64,000 nt of DNA from a virus. Location of the stretch: IMG/VR virus record IMGVR_UViG_3300005573_000060, positions 1 through 64,000 of that record; one strand, written 5' to 3'. Positions 49,644-59,262 of the stretch are shown piece by piece. Each line of letters starts with the position of its first letter. The stretch's first letter is position 1. Position numbers and translations under genes: made by a program. The notes under the pieces were generated by a model. The model was not told the DNA's origin. It worked only from the letters and a program-made list of their open reading frames with translations, and made no database searches.

Positions 49644-50366
49644 ATGAAAAAAGTTTTAATTACATTTGGAGATAGAAAGTATTATAAAAGTATGGAATTA
49701 CTTGCTTCATCTGCGTTATCAGTAGGAAAGGTTGATGAAGTTATAACATACAAAAAAGAAGAACTAGAGTTGACTGATTTTTGGAGGAAAAATTCTTACA
49801 TACTTTCTAAACCTCGTGGCGCAGGTTATTGGATCTGGAAACCTCATATAATACTATTAACAATGGATAAATTAAAAGATGGAGATATTGTTATGTATAG
49901 TGACGCGGGTGTAGAAATTATTAGTGATTTAACACCTGTTTTTGATATTGCTGATAAAAAGGACAGAGTCGTATTTCAAATTGCCGGAAAACACAAAAAC
50001 AAAACATGGACAAAATTAGATTGTTTTGTGTTAATGAATTGCAATGAATCAAAATATTGGGAATCAATTATGACGACCGCATCTTACCATTTATGGAAAA
50101 AAACAGAAAAAAATATTGAATTTTTAAAAGAATATCAAAAATATTTAAGAGATCCGAGAATCGTAACAGATGACCCGAATATGTTTGGACCTAATATATT
50201 AGGGTTTAAAGACCATCGACATGATCAAAGCGTTTTATCTTTAATGACAATTCGAGATGGATTTGAAAGATTTAGAGACCCTTGCCAATATGGTAATGAA
50301 GAAATCAATGATTTTACAAATTCTCCTTATCCGCAATTAGTTAATCATCATAGAAAACAGTTATAA
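49644..50366 (+). CDS. Putative glycosyltransferase (YWIWKP / HRHDQS family)
   Basis: RGAGYWIWKP, YSDAG and HRHDQSVLS. Confidence 0.65.
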   Translation: MKKVLITFGDRKYYKSMELLASSALSVGKVDEVITYKKEELELTDFWRKNSYILSKPRGAGYWIWKPHIILLTMDKLKDGDIVMYSDAGVEIISDLTPVFDIADKKDRVVFQIAGKHKNKTWTKLDCFVLMNCNESKYWESIMTTASYHLWKKTEKNIEFLKEYQKYLRDPRIVTDDPNMFGPNILGFKDHRHDQSVLSLMTIRDGFERFRDPCQYGNEEINDFTNSPYPQLVNHHRKQL

Positions 50367-50367
50367 A

Positions 50368-51024
50368 ATGGATGCATTAATGAATATTTATAAAATGAAT
50401 AGAAAATATAGTCAAAGCGGTCAAGATGCTTTTGTACTATCATATTTTCAAAATAAAAGAAACGGCATTTTTGTCGATATAGGAGCAAATGATGGTGTTA
50501 AACTTTCAAATACTTACTATCTTGAAAAAGAACTGGGATGGACTGGTATTTGTTTTGAGCCTATACCCGCTATTTTTGAAAAATTAGATAAAAATAGAAA
50601 CTGTATAAAAATAATGGCTGGTGTTGCAGAAAAAGAATCAGTAGAAAAATTTATATATGTTGATGGGCCTTCTCATATGCTTAGTGGAATGTTAAAAGAA
50701 TATGATCCAAGACACCTTCAAAGAATACATAATGAAATTAATAGCTTAGGAGGAAAATTAGTTGAATTAGAATTAAAATGTGTTGTGTTAAATGATATTT
50801 TAGAACAATACAAATTTTATAACATTGATTACCTTTCTTTAGACACCGAAGGAAATGAGTTTAAAATACTTAAAACAATTGATTTTGATAAATTTAATAT
50901 TAAGGTTATGACTATAGAAAACAATTATAATGATAACGCGCAAACTGCTTTTGTTCAATCAAAGGGTTATTATTTAATGGGAAGACTGGAAGCTGATGAA
51001 GTTTTCATAAAAATAAAAAAATAA
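50368..51024 (+). CDS. FkbM-family methyltransferase
   Basis: YSQSGQD, FVDIGANDG and LSLDTEGNE. Confidence 0.85.
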   Translation: MDALMNIYKMNRKYSQSGQDAFVLSYFQNKRNGIFVDIGANDGVKLSNTYYLEKELGWTGICFEPIPAIFEKLDKNRNCIKIMAGVAEKESVEKFIYVDGPSHMLSGMLKEYDPRHLQRIHNEINSLGGKLVELELKCVVLNDILEQYKFYNIDYLSLDTEGNEFKILKTIDFDKFNIKVMTIENNYNDNAQTAFVQSKGYYLMGRLEADEVFIKIKK

Positions 51025-51644
51025 TGGGTGTAACAAGGCAAAGTTTAGATTTTTTACAACAGTGGATTAAACCAGAATATAAATCTATCTGTGAGCTGGG
51101 AGATCAACAATTTATGAGTTGTTTTCCCTTTGAGGAATTTTCATATACTCGAAATTATTGGATTCGAAATGGATGGAGATATGTTTCTATTGATATTAAT
51201 GGGCGCGGTGGATCTTTGATGTTAGATATGAATGAAGATTTAGATATAGGTGAACAATTTGATGTTGTAACTGATTTTGGAACTTCTGAACATATAGCAG
51301 ATTTTTATATGGCATTTAAAAATGTTTCAAAGTTATGTAAAATAGGTGGAAGAATGATTCATATACTCCCTGCGAATAATCATTGGCCTAATCACGGTTC
51401 TTGGAGAGCACCAATATCCTTTTTTATTAAGTTAGGAAGAGCTCAAGAATATCTTATTCATACTATTCATGAAAATCCTACTAAAATAGGAGGAAAAGAT
51501 TCTGATCAAATATACGTCGTATACGAAAAAGAAAAAGAAAAAGAATTCGTATCTCGAGAAGAATTCAATTCATTTGGGCCAATTCTTAAATATCCAATTG
51601 AAATATACGAAAAGGGGAAACTGGGTGGTGGCAGAACATCATAA
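51024..51644 (+). CDS. Class I SAM-dependent methyltransferase
   Basis: ICELGDQ, VSIDING and FDVVTDFGTSEH..GGRMIH. Confidence 0.7.
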   Translation: MGVTRQSLDFLQQWIKPEYKSICELGDQQFMSCFPFEEFSYTRNYWIRNGWRYVSIDINGRGGSLMLDMNEDLDIGEQFDVVTDFGTSEHIADFYMAFKNVSKLCKIGGRMIHILPANNHWPNHGSWRAPISFFIKLGRAQEYLIHTIHENPTKIGGKDSDQIYVVYEKEKEKEFVSREEFNSFGPILKYPIEIYEKGKLGGGRTS

Positions 51645-51678
51645 AAAAAAGAGGAACTGAAGTTCCTCTTTTTGTTTT
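51643..51678. terminator. Bidirectional terminator between the glycosylation operon and the capsid gene
   Basis: A8-GAGGAAC-TGAA-GTTCCTC-TTTTTGTTTT between convergent genes. Confidence 0.85.
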
Positions 51679-51697
51679 ATCTGTATGTTACAATCTA

Positions 51698-53434
51698 TTA
51701 AAGAACGGCACCAGAACCAGTCTTAATATAAAGTGTAACGTACTGAGTTTCAGGATGGAATCCGGCGTCAACTAAAGCATATCTCGATTTCACGATCACT
51801 TTAGGAGCAGCTGTTCCTTCTGTAATGAATTTAACGCTTTCAGCCATTAAGTATGGGCAGAATACAACACCCGGTTCATCAGTAGCACCTTTACGTCCTA
51901 CTAGTACTCTAGTGTCGGTGTAACTCATATTCGGGTCAACGTATAGAGTCATTCCGGCAATTGTTCCAAGAGGATATAAAGAACCATTAGACTGATTGAG
52001 AGTGTTGGTTATCGGTGAGAAAGTGTAACCTGAATTACTTTGTAAAGCAGTAGCGATCTTAAGGTTAGTAACAATAAAGTTAGCAGGACCTCTACGACCT
52101 CTTTGCATTACAACATTACCGGCAGCGAGAATGTTTGTCATAATTCTCTTAATGATAGTATCCTGGTTTTCGAATGCTATTGTAGCACCACCGGCCAAAG
52201 TAATTCCTGGGCATGTCATGGCAGCGTTTGTAACTGAACCATTTTCAGAATATGCAAATGCAGGAGTTGTGTCTGCAGTAGAAGAATTAACATTAAGATT
52301 AAGATTAATACCTTCTACAGTATAAGCTTTAATGTGGTTCTTCCATCCAAGAGCAAACAATCTAGAGAGAATGTGTTTGTTGATTGATTGGCTGAGTTCA
52401 TTAATACCAGCATTTTCAACCATAGCAATTACATCAATTCCCCACTGTTTGTTAAGGTCTTGAACCTGTTCAAGAGTAACGTTAATAGCTACCTGATATG
52501 TTCCAGCTTCAACGAATTTGGTAAACACCTGAAGACCTAAGGCCTTAGGATACTCTTGTTCACCAACACCTCTACTCATTGGTTCATACAGTGTTGTTCC
52601 TGATACAAATGTTCCTTCCCAGTTATCAGTGTTATTAACACCTGCGCCAACAAAGCCTTGAATTTGATCTTCAAGTGTTGAGATAACTGATGGATAAGTT
52701 GTAACTGAGCCCCACACTGAACTACGACTAGTGTTAATACCTACTGCAGCGCCATCAAATACACCGGCTAAATTAGTTACACCTGTATATGAGCCAACTT
52801 TAAACATTGGGTAACCATCAATTCTCGATTTTCCAATGTATACAGTAGATACATAATTGCTATCAGCACTAGTATCTTTATGGAATACAACTGTATCACC
52901 GTTGACTAAGCTATTCAATAAAGCAGATGCATCACTAGATGTAAGCTGAATTTTGAAAGCTGCCGGTGATTCATAATTTGTATATCCTGATGCAGGATTT
53001 GCGGTTGATGGACTAGATGCAGGAGGCGCACCAAATGGCTGTTTTCCACCAGCGTATACATAATCCATATAGGAAATTATACCGGTTGCTCCTGGCATAG
53101 GAACCACATTAACAAGGTCGAAAGCAATTGTTCTTGCAGCTACCTGAAGAGCCATTGGAAGAATTGACATCCATTTGTCACCAGATCCTTTTGCTAGAGG
53201 AGAGGTTTGCTGTGTACCTGATACAGCTGCTAAACTAGCAGGAACTGCATCACCAACACCCGGAACGTTTAAAATAGTTGAATAAGGTGCAGATACACCG
53301 CCCAATGATTCATTTAATGCGTGATAATGGGCGTATTTGGAAATCCAAGCAAGTTTTTCTTTGTCCTTAATTCCTGTTACGGACTCAATCATTGGACTCC
53401 ACTTTTTTACGATTTGTTGTTCATTTAAGTTCAT
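51698..53434 (-). CDS. gp23: Major capsid protein (T4 gp23-like)
   Basis: KKWSP, VPMPGATG, TLEQVQDL..GID..NELSQSINK, GNVVMQRGRRGPANF, FCPY and KSRYA. Confidence 0.95.
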   Translation of the reverse strand: MNLNEQQIVKKWSPMIESVTGIKDKEKLAWISKYAHYHALNESLGGVSAPYSTILNVPGVGDAVPASLAAVSGTQQTSPLAKGSGDKWMSILPMALQVAARTIAFDLVNVVPMPGATGIISYMDYVYAGGKQPFGAPPASSPSTANPASGYTNYESPAAFKIQLTSSDASALLNSLVNGDTVVFHKDTSADSNYVSTVYIGKSRIDGYPMFKVGSYTGVTNLAGVFDGAAVGINTSRSSVWGSVTTYPSVISTLEDQIQGFVGAGVNNTDNWEGTFVSGTTLYEPMSRGVGEQEYPKALGLQVFTKFVEAGTYQVAINVTLEQVQDLNKQWGIDVIAMVENAGINELSQSINKHILSRLFALGWKNHIKAYTVEGINLNLNVNSSTADTTPAFAYSENGSVTNAAMTCPGITLAGGATIAFENQDTIIKRIMTNILAAGNVVMQRGRRGPANFIVTNLKIATALQSNSGYTFSPITNTLNQSNGSLYPLGTIAGMTLYVDPNMSYTDTRVLVGRKGATDEPGVVFCPYLMAESVKFITEGTAAPKVIVKSRYALVDAGFHPETQYVTLYIKTGSGAVL

Positions 53435-53460
53435 ATTTCTTTTATTATTTTTTTTTTTGT

Positions 53461-53468
53461 TATTTATA
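53461..53468 (-). promoter_or_regulatory. T4-type late promoter TATAAATA
   Basis: Exact TATAAATA about 27 nt upstream of the capsid ATG. Confidence 0.65.
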
Positions 53469-53503
53469 CTTTAAATACTTTTTCATTTTTGTAACTTAGT
53501 GCA

Positions 53504-55879
53504 TTAGTGTGACCATCTTTTCATCTGTTCACCTACATATGCAACTAAGCTGTCTAATTTTTGTTCACTTTCCTTTGGTGATTTAGCAGTAACAACCTCA
53601 TTAAGTGTAATAACAGGTCTTGAGATTAAACCACTAGTTTCCCAAAAGTTGTCAATTTGATATTGTGTATTTAAAGTAAAAAATTCTGCTTTAGCTTTAA
53701 TACTCTCCTGAAGAGACTGAGGTGCTTTATTAAAAGCTTCTTTATAAGCTTTAGGAGCAAGCTTTAACCACAGAGGTTCTTCAGTTTTGTTTGGTGCTAA
53801 AGCATTTTCCCACAACTTCAAAATAACCTTTGGATCTGTTGTAGGAACTTTAGATACTTCATCTGCTACCTTTTGTTTATCGGTTATATCAAGAGCTGCA
53901 AACTTTTTTCTATCGCTTTCACTCAATAGTTGAGTAAAAGGATATTGAGACTTGACCTGCTCATCTACTTTCTTTTCGTTTTCTAGATTTTGAATGATTC
54001 GTTCAAGTTTCTCATCAAGTTTAAAGCGTCTTTCTCTAATACTTTCTTTTAATTCTGGTTTAGTATCTAGTTTAAGATTTTGATTCTTTTCTTGTGAACC
54101 CTTTACATTACCAACATTATCCGTATTGCCAGTTTTAATTGAGTTATGTTTTTGAAGGTCATTTTCAAGTCCTTTTGGTAAATTACCATAAATTTGATCT
54201 TTAGGAAGTTTACCACCCTCTTTTTCAGGGTTCATTTGAAGATCATCTTTTCCAAGAGGATTTTTTTCTTTCTTTACACTAATATTTCTCAGTTTAGAAA
54301 CAATTGTTTTAGTTTTTTCGTCAAACTCTACACTATTATTTTTTGTATCATATTCTTCATCCTTTAAGCCTTTAATCTTATTAACAGTATCAATAACCAT
54401 TATTCCCTTTAATTGCGATTCATTAAGAGGCTTATGAGTAATAGAGTGTGTTCTTAACATTTCATCAATTTTCTTCTTTAATTCAGGATTAGATTTTGAT
54501 TCATTAACTAATTCAACATATTTTATGAGTTTCATGGCTTCTTCTTTAGATATTGCTCTTCCAAACATTTCTTCGGCCCAATTAATAGTATTATTAACAT
54601 TTTTAGCAATTGAAGATGTCCATTCATGCATTGCATTGGTTGTTTTTGCTATTGAACTCACCCAATCATGCATATCATTTATTGCTTTAGCCTTTTCTTC
54701 TCCCCACTCATTGAGTTTATTAACTCCTCTTGCGATTTCACCTGTCCACTCATTTAATTCATTAAGCATTTCTGCATTATGATCTACAGTTTCACCTATT
54801 GCATTAGTTACATTTGCAATTTCTTCAGTCCAATCTTGTGTATGATTTAGAACTTTTGCGTTATAATCAACTGTTTCAGCTATTTTCTTTGTTAAATTAT
54901 AATGAATGTTACTCTTCTTTGCTAATCTATCAGCATAATCAGCAACTTCATTAACAGATTTTGCTATATCAGATTGCCAGTTTAATGAATCTTCTTGAAT
55001 CTTACGTATCTTTTCAATATATTTCTTAATAGCAGTTATTTCTCTTTGAGATACATCAGATTTAGATTGTTCCATTTCATCCAATCTTTTATTTATAGCA
55101 TTGAGTTCTCTCTTAAACAATTCTGTCCATTGTTGAAGAACTGCTTCGTCAATATGAGATGATTTTACTTCTGACATTTTATTTTCATTATTTTTATTAG
55201 ATAACATTTTTGCTTCTTCACGTAATTTTAATTGAGGATATTTATCCGTTAAATCAATTATTGAAACGTTCTCGTTTACAATTCCAAATTCAGAATTAAG
55301 ACTATGTCGATTACGAGATGCAGCTGATTCATTAAGTACTCTTAGTATCTTATTAATTTCATCTGATCTTGCATTGCCGCTTTCGTTTACAGAATATAAC
55401 GTCGCAGATTCAAATCCAGGTTTTGCAACTAAATCAAATGTATAAATCTGTTCAATTTTAACTCTTTTATCTTCATTAACACTACCAGCTGCTCTTGAAG
55501 AAATAGATAAAGGAACACCAGCTTCAAGTAAGGCTTTAGCAATCTGTCCTTTAGGAGTTCCCTCCAAAATTTCAACGCGTCCTAATACTTGTCTCTTTTG
55601 AGGATCATACCACAAATCTGTAATTCTATGAGAAACGTTATTTAATGCAACTTCAAATCTTTCAGGGTGATCTAGTTCACCAAGAAGATTTCCATTAGCA
55701 ATATCTTTTTTGAGATATTCAAGATGAGGAAGATACTCCTTTTCCTCATAAATACGTCCATTACGATTTTCAACACCAAATTCAGCAAAAACTCCTTCAA
55801 GTACTGTCTTCCCATTTCTAGATATCTTTTGAAGATTTTGAGAAGATCTTTCTAGAATCAATAGATTTTTTTCTGCCAT
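53504..55879 (-). CDS. gp21: Prohead protease (gp21-like) fused to long scaffold/core domain
   Basis: NRNGRIY, LGELDHP, VSH, TPKGQI and ISSRAAG in the N-terminal part, followed by about 600 aa of coiled-coil/charged extension. Confidence 0.9.
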   Translation of the reverse strand: MAEKNLLILERSSQNLQKISRNGKTVLEGVFAEFGVENRNGRIYEEKEYLPHLEYLKKDIANGNLLGELDHPERFEVALNNVSHRITDLWYDPQKRQVLGRVEILEGTPKGQIAKALLEAGVPLSISSRAAGSVNEDKRVKIEQIYTFDLVAKPGFESATLYSVNESGNARSDEINKILRVLNESAASRNRHSLNSEFGIVNENVSIIDLTDKYPQLKLREEAKMLSNKNNENKMSEVKSSHIDEAVLQQWTELFKRELNAINKRLDEMEQSKSDVSQREITAIKKYIEKIRKIQEDSLNWQSDIAKSVNEVADYADRLAKKSNIHYNLTKKIAETVDYNAKVLNHTQDWTEEIANVTNAIGETVDHNAEMLNELNEWTGEIARGVNKLNEWGEEKAKAINDMHDWVSSIAKTTNAMHEWTSSIAKNVNNTINWAEEMFGRAISKEEAMKLIKYVELVNESKSNPELKKKIDEMLRTHSITHKPLNESQLKGIMVIDTVNKIKGLKDEEYDTKNNSVEFDEKTKTIVSKLRNISVKKEKNPLGKDDLQMNPEKEGGKLPKDQIYGNLPKGLENDLQKHNSIKTGNTDNVGNVKGSQEKNQNLKLDTKPELKESIRERRFKLDEKLERIIQNLENEKKVDEQVKSQYPFTQLLSESDRKKFAALDITDKQKVADEVSKVPTTDPKVILKLWENALAPNKTEEPLWLKLAPKAYKEAFNKAPQSLQESIKAKAEFFTLNTQYQIDNFWETSGLISRPVITLNEVVTAKSPKESEQKLDSLVAYVGEQMKRWSH

Positions 55880-55891
55880 ATTGAATTAATT

Positions 55892-55907
55892 TTTTTATAT
55901 ATATATA
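55892..55907 (-). promoter_or_regulatory. Late-type promoter ATATATATATAAAAAA
   Basis: Same ATATATAAA motif upstream of the protease gene. Confidence 0.4.
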
Positions 55908-56036
55908 AGTGCATATTTACTATAATATATAGTAAATGCTTAAGATTTTTATACACATTTTTTTACATACGAAAAACAAGAATACACTTGATGAACATAA
56001 AAAGTATAAGATATATACAAATATATATAAAACGAC

Positions 56037-56061
56037 AAAGGGAACTCTTAGAGTTCCCTTT
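56037..56061 (-). terminator. Intrinsic terminator
   Basis: AAAGGGAACTC-TTA-GAGTTCCCTTT downstream of 56086..56370. Confidence 0.75.
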
Positions 56062-56085
56062 AACTACAATAAAAGATTGAAATGA

Positions 56086-56370
56086 CTAGTTCGTTAGTTT
56101 ATAATATTCAATATTAGAAATAGATTTAATTTTATTAATCTCTTTTGAAATTTTTTCATTTTCTTCTTTTATAAGAAAGAATTCTTCTTCTATATCAATT
56201 TCATTCATTTTATTATAATTATAGCCATAATCTATGATATCAAGATATCTTTTAAGTTTTTTTGCATTTTTTTCAAATCTTTTAGTGAGTTTTTTTACTC
56301 TATCTTTTAACAATTTTTCCTTTTTTAAAAAGGAGATGGCAGATAAATTATTAATTTTTAATGATTTCAT
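56086..56370 (-). CDS. Hypothetical coiled-coil protein
   Basis: 94-aa ORF overlapping the def stop. Confidence 0.55.
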   Translation of the reverse strand: MKSLKINNLSAISFLKKEKLLKDRVKKLTKRFEKNAKKLKRYLDIIDYGYNYNKMNEIDIEEEFFLIKEENEKISKEINKIKSISNIEYYKLTN

Positions 56371-56900
56371 TTTATAGGATATTTAGTTTCAACTTTCTTA
56401 TCTTTGATTTTTTCTAGTTTCATAAAATTTAAAAGTTTATCTGTAAACTCAAATTTATCTATCATTAAAATTCCATTCAGATGGTCAATTTCATGCTGCA
56501 ATATTCTAGATAGAATTCCGCTAAAATATTGTCTATAAAATTTCCCGCTTTTACCATACCATTCTAATTCTATAGCATCTCTTCTTTTTACGTTACCATG
56601 AATATCCGGTAAACTTAAACAGCCTTCTTCAACAGTAACATATTGTCCAAATTCTTTAAGAATTTTCGGATTTATAAAAACATACTTTTTAACTCCATAA
56701 CTTGCAATTGGTAACTGAATGGTAATAATCTGTTTGCTTATTCCTATTTGAGGAGCGGCTAAACCTATTCCATCTGAAATATTCATTGTTTCAAACATAT
56801 CATCTATAAGAACATGAAGATTCGAATCATTAAAATCCTTTATTTCTTCTGCTTTCTTTCTTAAAATATCTTCGCCATAAAGATAAATAGGATATATCAT
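56367..56900 (-). CDS. def: Peptide deformylase
   Basis: GIGLAAPQIG, EGCLS and QHEIDHLNG are all intact. Confidence 0.95.
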   Translation of the reverse strand: MIYPIYLYGEDILRKKAEEIKDFNDSNLHVLIDDMFETMNISDGIGLAAPQIGISKQIITIQLPIASYGVKKYVFINPKILKEFGQYVTVEEGCLSLPDIHGNVKRRDAIELEWYGKSGKFYRQYFSGILSRILQHEIDHLNGILMIDKFEFTDKLLNFMKLEKIKDKKVETKYPIK

Positions 56901-56908
56901 AAAACATT

Positions 56909-57427
56909 TTATATAAAATTAACAAAACATAAAGCTACTAAAGCAGTTCCATATCTTTTATCTATAGTTAAAGATTCTGTAATTACATTAGGCTCTCCGA
57001 GATAATATTGTGAAAATGTACGTTTATGCAAATCATTTAATACTTTATATAATCTTTCTTCAAGATTTTCTGTATCAAAATAACCAGATAATTCGCATAC
57101 CAGACCTCCAACTTTCTTTTCAAATGATTCATCTTCATACATCCAAGAATAAATTATCCCCGCAGAAATATGCTCTCCGTAATATCCATGAGCACAAGCC
57201 ATTATAGTTCTTAATTCTGATCCAAATGGTGGCATATCAATTTCATCAACTGAAACTAATTTAGAAGTGGCGGGAATGACAGAAGAATAATTCATTATAT
57301 TATATGGAGCTATACCTGCGTCATGTAACGCCATATGATATGAGCCGGGATGAATAGCATATTCACTGCATCCGGAACCCTTTGTTATGAAAAAGTCTCC
57401 AGGAATTTGATTAGGTGTACGCATCAT
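56909..57427 (-). CDS. pdaD: Pyruvoyl-dependent arginine decarboxylase
   Basis: ALHDAGIAPYNIMNYSSVIPA (Ser-Ser autocleavage site), then ISAGI and ALVALCF. Confidence 0.8.
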   Translation of the reverse strand: MMRTPNQIPGDFFITKGSGCSEYAIHPGSYHMALHDAGIAPYNIMNYSSVIPATSKLVSVDEIDMPPFGSELRTIMACAHGYYGEHISAGIIYSWMYEDESFEKKVGGLVCELSGYFDTENLEERLYKVLNDLHKRTFSQYYLGEPNVITESLTIDKRYGTALVALCFVNFI

Positions 57428-57451
57428 TTTATTTTTATTTTATCTTATTTA

Positions 57452-58000
57452 TCAAAATTTAGAAAACAAATTAACGCTTAATAGTGTTTCAAAGGTGTAA
57501 AATTTTTTGTACTTACACCATTCATAGCCAACTCCAATTTTTAAGTTTGCATATTTATCTTGATTTCTTATTCTAGATTTTGAAATTTTTATAGGTACGT
57601 TAATTCCAGTTTTTACAATATTCATTGGGCCAGTTATCTCATAAATTATGTCTCCGGATAAACTATCTTTATCTTGACGCGCATATGCATCACTTATCAT
57701 TCCTAATGAAATATATGATCCAAATTTATTTGGTTTGCATGAATATGCTGTTAATTCTACACAATCGGATATAATCTTATTTTTATTGATTGGCATATGA
57801 GATAACATCCATCCACTGCTCATTCCAAAATATCCATAATGAAAATCTATACCAATAGTACTATTAAAAAATAGATGACCAATATAAACATTAGCGCTAA
57901 AAGGTATATCTTTTTTTCCAGCTTTAAGGCGCTCATACTGAGAATAGATAGATCTACTCATTAACACAAATAAAATAATAAATAAGATTAACTTTTTCAC
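57452..58000 (-). CDS. Exported protein, possible small outer-membrane beta-barrel
   Basis: Signal peptide MKKLILFIILFVLMSRSIYS-Q, alternating beta strands and a terminal Phe. Confidence 0.5.
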   Translation of the reverse strand: MKKLILFIILFVLMSRSIYSQYERLKAGKKDIPFSANVYIGHLFFNSTIGIDFHYGYFGMSSGWMLSHMPINKNKIISDCVELTAYSCKPNKFGSYISLGMISDAYARQDKDSLSGDIIYEITGPMNIVKTGINVPIKISKSRIRNQDKYANLKIGVGYEWCKYKKFYTFETLLSVNLFSKF

Positions 58001-58001
58001 A

Positions 58002-58208
58002 TTAGCTTATTTTACTTTTTTGTTTTTTTACTCTTTTATTTATTTTAACAGAAGTCTTATTTTCTTGATTTTTTTCATTTTCTTTAATTTCATTCATTTT
58101 AATTATGTTAAAGACTACTTCTCCGCAACTTTTACAAACTTTTGAATCTTCGTTATTTAAAAATGATACTACTTCTGAACACTTAGGGCAATGTCTCACA
58201 TAAATCAT
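58002..58208 (-). CDS. Zinc-ribbon protein
   Basis: CPKC..CKSC. Confidence 0.55.
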   Translation of the reverse strand: MIYVRHCPKCSEVVSFLNNEDSKVCKSCGEVVFNIIKMNEIKENEKNQENKTSVKINKRVKKQKSKIS

Positions 58209-58257
58209 ATGTTATAGTTTATTTTAGTTTTTTATATGAAGAAACTTCTTCACAGTT

Positions 58258-58749
58258 TTATTTTCTTCTCATAAGCTCTGTGTTAATTTCTAAATCATAA
58301 TTTTTAAAGTCTTTAAATTTTAAGCTATCAATATATGATCTTTCTTCTATCTTTTCATCAGACCAACCACGTTCTTTCATTCTTTTTACACGAGTTCTAA
58401 ATGGAGTATTTATGAAAATAACCAAGCAACTTTTTCTATCATCAGGTTTAATATGAGTTATTCCATCTGTTTCCATTATAAAAATATCACACGTGTTCCA
58501 TTCTTCTAATCCAGTTCCATAATAATAATCTCCGTATTTAACCCACTCATAAAAATATTTTTCAAATATTCTTTTCTCAAATTCATTTTTAGAAATGAAA
58601 TGATAATCTACACCATCAACTTCTCCGGGCCTAATTGGTCTAGATGTATATGATATATCAGGTTTAAAACCTGCATTAGAAAATTTATCTCTAATGTAAG
58701 TTTTTCCGGATGCTGTAGGACCGCATAAAATTATTCGTTTATGATTCAT
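58258..58749 (-). CDS. gmk: Guanylate kinase-like protein
   Basis: GPTASGKT P-loop, SYTSRPIRPGEVDGVDYHFIS and YYGT. Confidence 0.85.
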   Translation of the reverse strand: MNHKRIILCGPTASGKTYIRDKFSNAGFKPDISYTSRPIRPGEVDGVDYHFISKNEFEKRIFEKYFYEWVKYGDYYYGTGLEEWNTCDIFIMETDGITHIKPDDRKSCLVIFINTPFRTRVKRMKERGWSDEKIEERSYIDSLKFKDFKNYDLEINTELMRRK

Positions 58750-58964
58750 ACTTCTTTATATCTTAAAATAGAAAAGATTCCATTTGCAAAATGAATTCTA
58801 TCTCTCAAATGTTCATGATAAAATTCTTTTAACAAATTCTTTTTAGATTCATCAAGATATACTCTTGTTCTAAATTTTTTATTTCCATCATCATTTACTT
58901 CTTCTGTATCAATGAAAACGTCAATCGGATAACCATTTTCTTTTAAAAACTTTACCATATTCAT
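58746..58964 (-). CDS. Hypothetical protein
   Basis: 72-aa ORF overlapping the gmk start. Confidence 0.5.
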   Translation of the reverse strand: MNMVKFLKENGYPIDVFIDTEEVNDDGNKKFRTRVYLDESKKNLLKEFYHEHLRDRIHFANGIFSILRYKEV

Positions 58965-58969
58965 TTGTT

Positions 58970-59182
58970 TTAAATTTTTTCAATTTTTGTTACTTGTACA
59001 GGCTTAAGGCCATTAAACTTAATGTGATATTTAAACCACCTTGGATACTTTGCTTTAACCTCATCTGTAACTTCTTCAGGTTTATAAGCATTTTTCCAGA
59101 TTTCACTTTTCTGAAGATTTGCATTAATTTTCTCATCTTCTACAGGACTTAGAACAATTTCAATGTTTTTACTTTCTCTCAT
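58970..59182 (-). CDS. Hypothetical protein
   Basis: Probable start is MRESK at 59182, just downstream of a TAnnTTTG promoter. Confidence 0.55.
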   Translation of the reverse strand: MRESKNIEIVLSPVEDEKINANLQKSEIWKNAYKPEEVTDEVKAKYPRWFKYHIKFNGLKPVQVTKIEKI

Positions 59183-59204
59183 AATGGTTAAATATTTAAT
59201 GATA

Positions 59205-59214
59205 TGCAAATATA
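59205..59214 (-). promoter_or_regulatory. Bacteroidota-type -7 promoter element (TATATTTGCA)
   Basis: Matches TAnnTTTG. An identical 10-mer lies upstream of infA. Confidence 0.6.
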
Positions 59215-59262
59215 ACAATTATGTTTGACAAGATATCATACATATTGTTAAATTTTTGTTAA

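Noticed and set aside
35247-51644. Eukaryotic giant-virus origin suggested by the SET and glycosylation genes
   Set aside because: The capsid, protease, neck and baseplate genes are T4-like, and the promoters, IF-1, def and S1 are bacterial.
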